Assembly (NCBI RefSeq): GCF_003324675.1
Contig: NZ_CP030918.1
Location: 1,740,001 to 1,772,000, forward strand
Direction: 5' to 3'
Source: Paracoccus suum
GTDB taxonomy: Bacteria > Pseudomonadota > Alphaproteobacteria > Rhodobacterales > Rhodobacteraceae
Length of the DNA: 32,000 nucleotides
Shown: positions 25,710-32,000 of the stretch, in pieces
Layout of the letters: each line of letters begins with the position of its first letter
Numbering within the stretch: the first letter of the stretch is position 1
Made by a program: the position numbers and the translations under genes
The notes under the pieces: model-generated
Database searches by the model: none
What the model saw: the letters and a program-made list of their open reading frames with translations, nothing else
What the model was told of the DNA's origin: nothing

Positions 25710-25776
25710 GAGGGGAACCGGCTACCGCCATTTGACGGCCGGCTGGTAGATATATGTCGGAGGTGGGAGTTCCCTG

Positions 25777-25812
25777 AAAATGAAAAAAGGCCCGACGACG
25801 GATCGCCGGGCC
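25777..25812 (-). terminator. Rho-independent terminator (second of a tandem pair after the parB-like gene)
   Basis: Minus sense: GGCCCG-12 nt-CGGGCC followed by UUUUUUCAUUUUC. Confidence 0.75.
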
Positions 25813-25831
25813 TTGAAGCTGAAGATGAAGA

Positions 25832-25859
25832 CGGCGGGGCGGCTTCGACCGCCCCGCCG
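25832..25859 (-). terminator. GC-rich 11-bp hairpin directly after the parB-like stop
   Basis: CGGCGGGGCGG-CTTCGA-CCGCCCCGCCG, followed in minus sense by UCUUCAUCUUC. Confidence 0.5.
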
Positions 25860-25923
25860 GGGTTTGGCGTCATTCCGCGGCGATCATCGATGGCGCCTCG
25901 GCTTCCGGATCTTCGGCGGTTTC

Positions 25924-28017
25924 CTAGTCCTCGTCCTCACCGGCAAGGAAGGCTGGGAGCGCCGTCTCGGCCTCGCCTTCCGAGGCATCGGACGTGGTCG
26001 GCTCGTCATAGTCGATCAGGCGCAGCGGCTCCGGTAGCCAGCCACTGTCGGCCAGCAGGCGTTCGGCCTCCTTGGCCATGTCGCCCTTCTTCAGGTGGTC
26101 GACGAGCTGGGCCGCGCGTTCGCCCGCGCCTTCGCGGACGGCCGCAAGAATGCGGGGCTTGGTGACGCGGCCGAGATAGTTCTCGACCGTGGGTCGGAAG
26201 CCGACGTCCACCATGTCGAGGCCGGTGGCGCGGGCCAGTCGATCGGCCTCTGCCATACGCCGGTCGAGGCCCGACTGCGACACGCCGCTGCCGCTGTAGG
26301 GATTGGGCCGTTCATAGAGGGCGTTGATCCCATAGCTGACGCAATGCGCTAGCAGCGCCATGCGGCTGGCGTCGTCGAGCACGGCGAGCCAGTCCCACAG
26401 CGCATCCTCATCGGCTGGTAGGTCAGCCTTCCAGTCCTCATGCCGCTGGGTGACGGACTTGGCATAGGCCGTCTCGGCGAGATCCTTGCCTTGTTCGCGG
26501 AAGAAGACGTGATTGACGGACGCCTGCAGGCTCGCGCCGGAGGTGCCCGTCCGCTGGAAGGTGTCGCGCACGAGCTTGTGCAGCAAGGCGGTAAACGCGA
26601 CCTGGGGATTGGCGCCCACGGCATCGCGGAGCGCCAGGGTGCGGTGCGCCGTCAGTTCGGTAACGAGCCGTTCGGGCAGCGGCTTGATGACGTCTTCCTC
26701 GTCGTCATCCTCCGGTTCGGCCGACTGGCCGTCGATGGTGATGACGGCGCGCTGGACGGTGCCTGCAGCCGCGACTTCGGTACCGGTGGTTTCGGCCTCG
26801 CCGTCGGGGTCGTCGACGCCGACCAGCGTCTCGTCCTCCGGGCGCACATAGCCGCGATCGACGACGGGCTCGCCATCGCGGTCGACGCTGATGAAGACGC
26901 CGCCACGCGCGATGTCGGCCGGATCGTAGATGACCGGGCGCTTTTCAAAGGCTTCGAGCGCCGTCTCGATCTCGCCGAGACGCTGGTCGATCTCGTCCGG
27001 CAGCTCGTCGGCTTCCGAGTATTCAGCTTCGATCCGTTCGTATTCCTCACGCAGGGCTTCGCGGGCCGCGCGCTCGTCATCGTTCAAATCGACCAGGGTG
27101 AAGTCGAGCGCCCGAAGCCCCTGGTCGTAGCCATAGGGCAGATCGGTATCGACGGCGATCCACTTCCAGCCCTCGGCGGCAATTTCATCGGCGAGGGTCT
27201 TGAGCTTCTCGCCGACCAGACGGTCGAGAAGCGCGGGGTCCTGAAGCCAGCCGCCTCCATCGGTCTGGAAGAGATCGCGCAGCACGCTGCCGCCCGCCTG
27301 CTCATAGGTTTCGATGCCGATGAACAGGGCGCGCTTGTCGGTGGCCGGCACCGTGGTTTCAGTGAGCAACTGGCGGATATACCAGGGCTGGCGATTGTGG
27401 GAGGTCTGGACCGTCTCCCAGACCTGCTCCTGGCGGGCATGGTCGGGATTGACGGTGAAGGCCATCAGCTCTTCGAGCTTCATGCCGTCCTCGGCATAGA
27501 TGTCGAGGAGCGTGGGCGAGACAGAGGCCAGACGCAGGCGCTGCTTCACCACCTGCGCGGTCGTGAAGAAGGCCGCAGCGATCTCCTCCTCGCTCATGCC
27601 CTTGCGGCGCATGTCGTAGAAGGCCCGGAACTGATCGAGAGGATGCAGCGGCACGCGCTGGGTGTTTTCGGCGAGGCTGTCGTCCTCGGCGAGAATCGAC
27701 GTGGAGGGATCACGCACGACGCAGGGCACAGGCGCGGTCCTGGCGAGACGCTTCTGCTTCACGAGGATGGCGAGCGCCTGATAGCGGCGACCGCCGGCGG
27801 GAACTTCATACATGTCGGTCTCATCGCCCCTGGCGTCGAGGACCGGGCGGACATTGAGGCTCTGGAGGAGCGTGCCTCGGCGGGCGATGTCCTCGGCCAG
27901 TTCCTCGACCGAGACGCCGGCCTTGACGCGTCGGACATTCGATTGGCTGAGCACGAGCTTGTTGAAGGGGATGTCGCGGGAAGGCGACAGGATGATTTTC
28001 TGGGCGGCAGTAGCCAT
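25924..28017 (-). CDS. Large ParB/Srx N-terminal-domain protein (697 aa; KorB/ParB-like, not adjacent to parA)
   Basis: LSQSNVRRV...YEVPAGGRRYQALAIL carries the ParB GxxRxxA/arginine box. Long acidic central and C-terminal regions. Confidence 0.85.
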   Translation of the reverse strand: MATAAQKIILSPSRDIPFNKLVLSQSNVRRVKAGVSVEELAEDIARRGTLLQSLNVRPVLDARGDETDMYEVPAGGRRYQALAILVKQKRLARTAPVPCVVRDPSTSILAEDDSLAENTQRVPLHPLDQFRAFYDMRRKGMSEEEIAAAFFTTAQVVKQRLRLASVSPTLLDIYAEDGMKLEELMAFTVNPDHARQEQVWETVQTSHNRQPWYIRQLLTETTVPATDKRALFIGIETYEQAGGSVLRDLFQTDGGGWLQDPALLDRLVGEKLKTLADEIAAEGWKWIAVDTDLPYGYDQGLRALDFTLVDLNDDERAAREALREEYERIEAEYSEADELPDEIDQRLGEIETALEAFEKRPVIYDPADIARGGVFISVDRDGEPVVDRGYVRPEDETLVGVDDPDGEAETTGTEVAAAGTVQRAVITIDGQSAEPEDDDEEDVIKPLPERLVTELTAHRTLALRDAVGANPQVAFTALLHKLVRDTFQRTGTSGASLQASVNHVFFREQGKDLAETAYAKSVTQRHEDWKADLPADEDALWDWLAVLDDASRMALLAHCVSYGINALYERPNPYSGSGVSQSGLDRRMAEADRLARATGLDMVDVGFRPTVENYLGRVTKPRILAAVREGAGERAAQLVDHLKKGDMAKEAERLLADSGWLPEPLRLIDYDEPTTSDASEGEAETALPAFLAGEDED

Positions 28018-28100
28018 CGTGGTAGTCTCCGCGACGGGCGCCGAGAGCCTCTCTCTCGACCCGAACCCGTCACGAAAATCCCCACCTCCCTCTCACTCTG
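28018..28100 (-). promoter_or_regulatory. Conserved structured leader element, copy c
   Basis: mRNA sense: CAGAGTGAGAGGGAGGTGGGGATTTTCGTGACGGGTTCGGGTCGAGAGAGAGGCTCTCGGCGCCCGTCGCGGAGACTACCACG-ATG. Confidence 0.7.
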
Positions 28101-28223
28101 CTGGTCGGACCCTGTCGTCTGGCTAGGGGCGAGAACGGAACGGCGATGTTCAGGACTGTCTTCCTGTGCCATAGGGATTGCATCGCCTGCGGCTTGAGCA
28201 CCGCATCGATCGCATCAAGCGTT

Positions 28224-28330
28224 TGAACACTGGGTCACCGACTATGTCGGGCGGCCCACGGAATAGAATACCCATCAGCGTCGGGCTTGCCCGGCGTGGG
28301 AAATACGTGGGGCGCGGTTCCCAGTGTTCA
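28224..28330. repeat. Perfect 11-bp inverted repeat TGAACACTGGG / CCCAGTGTTCA separated by 85 bp
   Basis: Arms at 28224..28234 and 28320..28330, plus an extra direct half-copy GTGTTCA at 28334..28340. Lies upstream of the plus-strand orphan gene. Confidence 0.7.
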
Positions 28331-28378
28331 CGCGTGTTCAACCGTCCCGGCGCCAGTCGGGGCGGCGGGGAATTGTCT

Positions 28379-28681
28379 ATGGACGCTATGATTTCTGGCT
28401 TTAGAAATCCGCCCTGGGCGGACTTGGCGCGCGTTCTGCGCCGATGGCTGGGCGCGTCGCCAGCCCGCCATGTCCGCTTTTCCGAGGCGGACCGGGCCGT
28501 CATCACCGCGCAGGGCAAGGCACTGATGCTGTTGGCGACAATGCTTCACGCACGGGGCGTGATGGATATGGAGGAGTTCGCCGGCACGCTCGGCGTGTTC
28601 AGCGTAGTTGTCGCTGAGGACAACGCGGCCGAAGGCGACATTCTCGCTGTCTGGGCAGGGTTGATGAAGGACGGCCGGTAG
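28379..28681 (+). CDS. Hypothetical protein (about 100 aa) on the opposite strand to the surrounding operons
   Basis: MDAMISGFRNPPWADLARVLRRWLG...ITAQGKALMLLATMLHARGVMDMEEFAGTLGVFSVVVAEDNAAEGDILAVWAGLM is protein-like with G/C-rich third positions. The track ORF start at 28178 is probably too far upstream. Confidence 0.5.
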   Translation: MDAMISGFRNPPWADLARVLRRWLGASPARHVRFSEADRAVITAQGKALMLLATMLHARGVMDMEEFAGTLGVFSVVVAEDNAAEGDILAVWAGLMKDGR

Positions 28682-28717
28682 GCTGAGCGTCGTAGCGCAA
28701 AGCTGCAAGCTGACGAG

Positions 28718-28797
28718 CCGGAAACGCGGAAAACCGCAGAACCGGACACCCGGAAAGACGGAAAGCCGGAGAAGCGGCTTTGCGCATCTGCGGCTTT
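28718..28797. repeat. Ten phased 8-bp units (NCGGAAAN type)
   Basis: CCGGAAAC GCGGAAAA CCGCAGAA CCGGACAC CCGGAAAG ACGGAAAG CCGGAGAA GCGGCTTT GCGCATCT GCGGCTTT. Lies between two convergent genes. The period is not a multiple of 3. Confidence 0.8.
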
Positions 28798-28804
28798 CAG
28801 GGAA

Positions 28805-29746
28805 TCAGACCCCGCACATGCCCTCGCACTCGTTCGGCCAGAGATCGAGCTGGCCGCGGTCGGCGGCCGTCGATAGGTGGGCTTGGTCGAGCGGCACGGC
28901 GGAGCGGTGCAGATAGACTTCGGCGCGGATGCCGCGGAAACCGGTGCGGATGGCGGCGTCGACCGACACGGCGTCCGCCCAGGCTTCATGGTCGCGCATC
29001 TGTCGCCAGTGATCGTCGGAATGAAACGGACACCCGATGCAGGCGCTTTTGGGCGGCAGCGGATAATCATGCCGTTCCAGCCAGCGCAGACAATCCCGGC
29101 GGGTCAGGCCCCGCTCGATCAGGGGCCAGCGGTTGACCTGCCAGCTCTCGAAAGAGGGTTTCATGCGAAGCGCCTCGTCGAGCGAAATCCCGATCCATTG
29201 CTCGGCGACCGGCGACGTGGGCGAGCGCCGCCCTGCGATGCCGAGCAGCTCGCGCACTTTCCGCTTGATCGGCACGATCTTGTAGTCTCCGGTGCATTGG
29301 CAGCGGATCATGCCGATGCTGGCCCGCTCGGTCGCCACGATGCGGGAGCCGACGACGACGAGATCGCCGTTTTCATCCTCGTCATAGACGGGAAGCTCGC
29401 TCCCGGCAGGCGTCACGGTGCGGGTGAAGGCTGGAATGGAGGCCCAACGCTCGCCCTGTGCGCCGGCGATGAGGTCGGCGCGCAGATCCCCGCCTGAGAC
29501 GATATGGACGGGAAACGGCAAGACATTGGGCGACCGCAGCCAGGCGAGATGGTCATAGACGGCCTGCGGCTCCCACCCGGTGTCGGCGAAGATGGCGCAA
29601 TCGGGCATGGGGCCGACTTCGCCATGCGCCGCCATCAGCGCCAGCGTGGTGGACTGGACGCCGGCGCCCAGGCTGAGGACGCGCAGGCGGATGTCGGCCG
29701 ACTGCGCGGGGTCGGGGACGAAACCCGGAAAGGCGAGCGCGTTCAT
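28805..29746 (-). CDS. PAPS-reductase/PP-loop ATP-pyrophosphatase-like protein with C-terminal Cys cluster
   Basis: PP-loop-like LSLGAGVQST, plus CIGCPFH and a C-terminal ECEGMCGV. The ATG at 29746 overlaps the ardC TGA by 1 nt (alternative GTG at 29749). Confidence 0.75.
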   Translation of the reverse strand: MNALAFPGFVPDPAQSADIRLRVLSLGAGVQSTTLALMAAHGEVGPMPDCAIFADTGWEPQAVYDHLAWLRSPNVLPFPVHIVSGGDLRADLIAGAQGERWASIPAFTRTVTPAGSELPVYDEDENGDLVVVGSRIVATERASIGMIRCQCTGDYKIVPIKRKVRELLGIAGRRSPTSPVAEQWIGISLDEALRMKPSFESWQVNRWPLIERGLTRRDCLRWLERHDYPLPPKSACIGCPFHSDDHWRQMRDHEAWADAVSVDAAIRTGFRGIRAEVYLHRSAVPLDQAHLSTAADRGQLDLWPNECEGMCGV

Positions 29747-30699
29747 CACGCCGCCTCCTGCTCGTCGTCGTTCTGGTCGATGCTGCCGGCATGCGGCAGG
29801 AAGCTGAGAAGCCAGTCGGCCGCCTTGCTGGCCTGCGAGGCGGCTCGGACGATGGCGCGGTTGTCCTCGCGCAGCACCTCCAGCCAGGAGCCGATATAGT
29901 CGGCATGGCGCACGGTCGGGACGATCCCGAGCGCGGCGCAGCTATAGGCCGAGATCAATTCGGCGGTGATTTCCTCGACCGAATAGAGCTTCGAGCCGAA
30001 GGAGCCTGAGAGGTTCCGGTTCAGCCGGTGCTCTGCGCCGCTCGCGTGACCGAGTTCATGCAAGGCCGTCCGGTGCCAGTTGATCGGCTCGAAATAGGCG
30101 GCTGGCGGAGGGACTTGCACGTAGTCGAGCGACGGAACGTAGAACGCCCGGTTGCCGCCAATGCGGAAATCGATGCCGGTCGCTTTGATGAGCGCCTCCA
30201 CCTGGGGCTCGATCATGCCGGGCGGCGGCGGCGGCGCGGTCGCCTCGATGTCTTCGGGCAGGTCGTCGCATTGCGCCGTGTTGAACACCGTGAAGCGCTT
30301 CAGGAACGGGATCGCCTGCGCTTCCTCGCCAGCCTCGAAGGCGCGGCGCTTCTCGTCCTCCGGCGTGAAGCGGTCGGCATAGACGACGGTGGTGCCGCGC
30401 TCGCCCTTGCGGACATGGCCGCCGAGCGACAGTGCCTGGCGGAAGGTGAGCCAGCCCTGGCCGGGAAAGCCGTGCTCGATGACGGCTCCCCAGAGGATCA
30501 GGACATTGATGCCGCTGTAGCTTCGCGAAGTTGCGGCGTTGCGCGGCAGGCCAAGCGGGGCCTTGGCCGCCGACGTGCCCCAAGGCTGGACCCACGGCAC
30601 GCGGCCAGCTTCCAGCTCCCCGATGATCTTGTCGGTGATTTCGTCATAGAGGTTCGCCCGGTCGGCTCCGGCACGAACGCGGCGATCGTTTCTGGACAT
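29746..30699 (-). CDS. ardC: ArdC-type antirestriction protein (ssDNA-binding N-domain + zincin metallopeptidase)
   Basis: N-terminal LYDEITDKIIGELEAGRVPWVQPW and C-terminal HEXXH (ALHELGHASG). Confidence 0.9.
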   Translation of the reverse strand: MSRNDRRVRAGADRANLYDEITDKIIGELEAGRVPWVQPWGTSAAKAPLGLPRNAATSRSYSGINVLILWGAVIEHGFPGQGWLTFRQALSLGGHVRKGERGTTVVYADRFTPEDEKRRAFEAGEEAQAIPFLKRFTVFNTAQCDDLPEDIEATAPPPPPGMIEPQVEALIKATGIDFRIGGNRAFYVPSLDYVQVPPPAAYFEPINWHRTALHELGHASGAEHRLNRNLSGSFGSKLYSVEEITAELISAYSCAALGIVPTVRHADYIGSWLEVLREDNRAIVRAASQASKAADWLLSFLPHAGSIDQNDDEQEAA

Positions 30700-30782
30700 C
30701 GCGGCTCTCCGCGACGGGCGCCGGAAGCCTCTCCTCCAGCTCTCTACCCGTCACGGCAAAACCGGTCCGCACTCTCACTCTA
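30700..30782 (-). promoter_or_regulatory. Conserved structured leader element, copy d
   Basis: mRNA sense: TAGAGTGAGAGTGCGGACCGGTTTTGCCGTGACGGGTAGAGAGCTGGAGGAGAGGCTTCCGGCGCCCGTCGCGGAGAGCCGCG-ATG. Confidence 0.7.
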
Positions 30783-30857
30783 ATAGTTCAGGCACTGCAT
30801 CGTGTGGTCGGGCAGCGCCATGATCGGCGCGGTGCGATCAAGTGAAACGGCGCGTGA

Positions 30858-31115
30858 TCAAGCAGTGCGCTCGGACCGCCAGTGGCCATCTTGGCCCTTG
30901 GCGAGCCGCCAGTTCTGCACGGTTACGAGCGTGCCGCGGGCGGTGCGATAGTCGGGAACGGTGAGACGGATGGAATCGCCTTCGGCGCGCCATTCCGCGA
31001 TGACGGTGACGCCGTCGCCGAACTCGACCAGGCAGTCGGGCGCGGCCTTCCCATCATCGTCGACGGTGACGCGGCCTTTCCGAAAGGCATGGCTATGAGG
31101 AAACAGGAAACGCAT
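30858..31115 (-). CDS. Small hypothetical protein (85 aa)
   Basis: Strong SD AAGGAGAAAG upstream of the ATG at 31115. Beta-rich-looking sequence; no family recognised. Confidence 0.6.
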   Translation of the reverse strand: MRFLFPHSHAFRKGRVTVDDDGKAAPDCLVEFGDGVTVIAEWRAEGDSIRLTVPDYRTARGTLVTVQNWRLAKGQDGHWRSERTA

Positions 31116-31271
31116 TCGGGCGCTTTCTCCTTCTCGGCGTCTTACGCCTTGAAGATCGCGCTGGACGATCGCCTGACAAGGGGGCGTTGCGGGGTCTCCC
31201 CGCAGAAGGGGGTGTGCCGGCGACCTTGGCGCCGGCCAGGGGGAAGGCTTTCCCCCTTCACCTGAATTTGC

Positions 31272-31649
31272 TCACCTGGTCCCGGCCTGCTTCCGACGAC
31301 GGGCCACGGTACGAACGCCAGCACTATCGCCCATGGTCATGTCACCCAGGCTATGGAGATGAAGCGCCGGATGCGATGGCAGCGTCACCGTAAGTTCGAG
31401 CTTGCCGCCGACGGCCTCGACATAGCTGCGCAGCGTCGAGAGATACATATCCGCCTGCTTTTCGATCTTGGACACCGACGGCTGCTTGATGTTGAGGGCC
31501 GAGGCGATGTCTTCCTGCGCTTTGCCGGCGATCTGGCGCAGCTCGCGCAGACCCTCGACCTCCTGCCGCAGTTCCTGATAGCGCGCTTCGATAGCTGCCT
31601 GTTCGTCAGCAGGAAGCCCGGCAATGATTTCGTTCAGGCTCCGAGCCAT
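31272..31649 (-). CDS. XRE-family HTH antitoxin (HigA-like)
   Basis: MARSLNEIIAGLPADEQAAIEARYQEL...LRELRQIAGKAQEDIASALNIKQPSVSKIEKQADMYLSTLRSYVEAVGGKLELTV is the typical antitoxin partnered with RelE/ParE(HigB/Gp49)-type toxins. Confidence 0.8.
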   Translation of the reverse strand: MARSLNEIIAGLPADEQAAIEARYQELRQEVEGLRELRQIAGKAQEDIASALNIKQPSVSKIEKQADMYLSTLRSYVEAVGGKLELTVTLPSHPALHLHSLGDMTMGDSAGVRTVARRRKQAGTR

Positions 31650-31650
31650 C

Positions 31651-31788
31651 TCAACGTCCCTTCTTTGCGGATTTCAGGCTTTCCACATGCTCGGAAAACC
31701 GTAGATCCGCTTTTGCGATGAGCTGCCGGTAGAACCGCTGCTGACTCTCGCCGGATGCATCGCCCGCTACGCGCCCGATAGTGCTATT
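31651..31788 (-). pseudogene. 5'-truncated RelE/ParE-superfamily toxin remnant (C-terminal ~42 codons only)
   Basis: My own translation: ...VAGDASGESQQRFYRQLIAKADLRFSEHVESLKSAKKGR*, stop at 31653..31651, 1 nt before the antitoxin ATG. It matches the conserved GDKSG-x-x-Q/E-K-RFY-x-x-LI-x-x-AD C-terminus of this toxin family. There is an in-frame TGA at 31791..31789, no start codon, and no N-terminal homology in any frame upstream. Confidence 0.6.
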
Positions 31789-32000
31789 TCAACGTTCATA
31801 GCCTCAAAGCTATACCGGATCAACAAAACCACACGCGACCAAGCGAGTGATCATCCACCGTGGAGTACCGCCCCGATCGCTAGACACTTTATCGAGCGGA
31901 CTTTCAGATCGTGAAAGCGGGTCTCGGTCCCGGCCAATCGGGATCGGTTTCCATCTGGCTTGCGAGATCGGCTGCTGCGACCCGCCTCAGGCTAGACGCC

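Larger units (their letters stand above)
1..31788. mobile_element. Backbone of a conjugative element (ICE or plasmid) with transfer, rep/par, FseA-type regulatory and leading-region-like modules; no element end, integrase or att site recognised in the window
   Basis: Co-linear minus-strand genes for TrbB, TraG, relaxase, lytic transglycosylase, TraF peptidase, ParA, RepA, SSB, ArdC and others (see individual CDS entries). Confidence 0.85.

Noticed and set aside
22017-30782. Reading the four leader elements as ordinary sigma70 promoters, or as Frpo-like ssDNA promoters in the plus strand
   Set aside because: There is no consistent -35/-10 at fixed spacing; the best match is a weak GAGAGT as -10 with no -35. 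The helices contain G-U pairs that become A-C mismatches in the plus strand, which favours an RNA fold. The ssDNA idea is not fully excluded.
30822-30862. Cluster of three GATC sites with two GATCAAG repeats 20 bp apart
   Set aside because: These are short motifs that could occur by chance. No Dam-type context is expected in an alphaproteobacterial host, and the second copy simply overlaps a stop codon.
31789-32000. att site, tRNA gene or toxin N-terminus at the right end
   Set aside because: No tRNA-like T-arm or acceptor features are present, no toxin homology appears in any of the three minus frames, and there is no repeat matching elsewhere in the window. There is too little sequence to call a boundary.

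Overview
High-G+C window, alphaproteobacterial in style. Almost all of it is the backbone of a conjugative element (ICE or plasmid) whose gene content resembles the Mesorhizobium ICEMlSymR7A class. Nearly every backbone gene is on the minus strand. Read right to left, the window contains: (1) an orphan XRE antitoxin with a 5'-truncated RelE/ParE-type toxin remnant; (2) a leading-region-like block with ardC, a PAPS-reductase-like gene, a 697-aa ParB-like protein, several small unknown genes, a 1448-aa methyltransferase/helicase, a toprim protein, a DUF2493 protein, a membrane protein and ssb; (3) a regulatory module with an XRE regulator, a small DUF2285 protein, a split DUF6499/DUF2285 FseA-like activator that needs a +1 frameshift, and an excisionase-like HTH; (4) a translationally coupled repA-parA-RHH-DUF2840-traF chain; (5) DUF736, a lytic transglycosylase, the relaxase, traG and an RHH gene; (6) a plus-strand cargo insert (a GNAT acetyltransferase and a glycosyltransferase interrupted by an in-frame TGA); (7) the start of trbB. 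I recognised no rRNA, tRNA, CRISPR, IS/transposase, integrase or att site. The most interesting signals not explained by genes are a conserved 80-95 nt structured leader present four times directly upstream of leading-region operons, a roughly 700 bp ORF-free hairpin-dense region upstream of ssb, DNA-level iteron-like repeats inside the 3' end of repA, an 80-bp array of phased 8-bp CGGAAA-type repeats, and three independently disrupted genes. All family assignments come from recognising motifs by eye, not from database searches.
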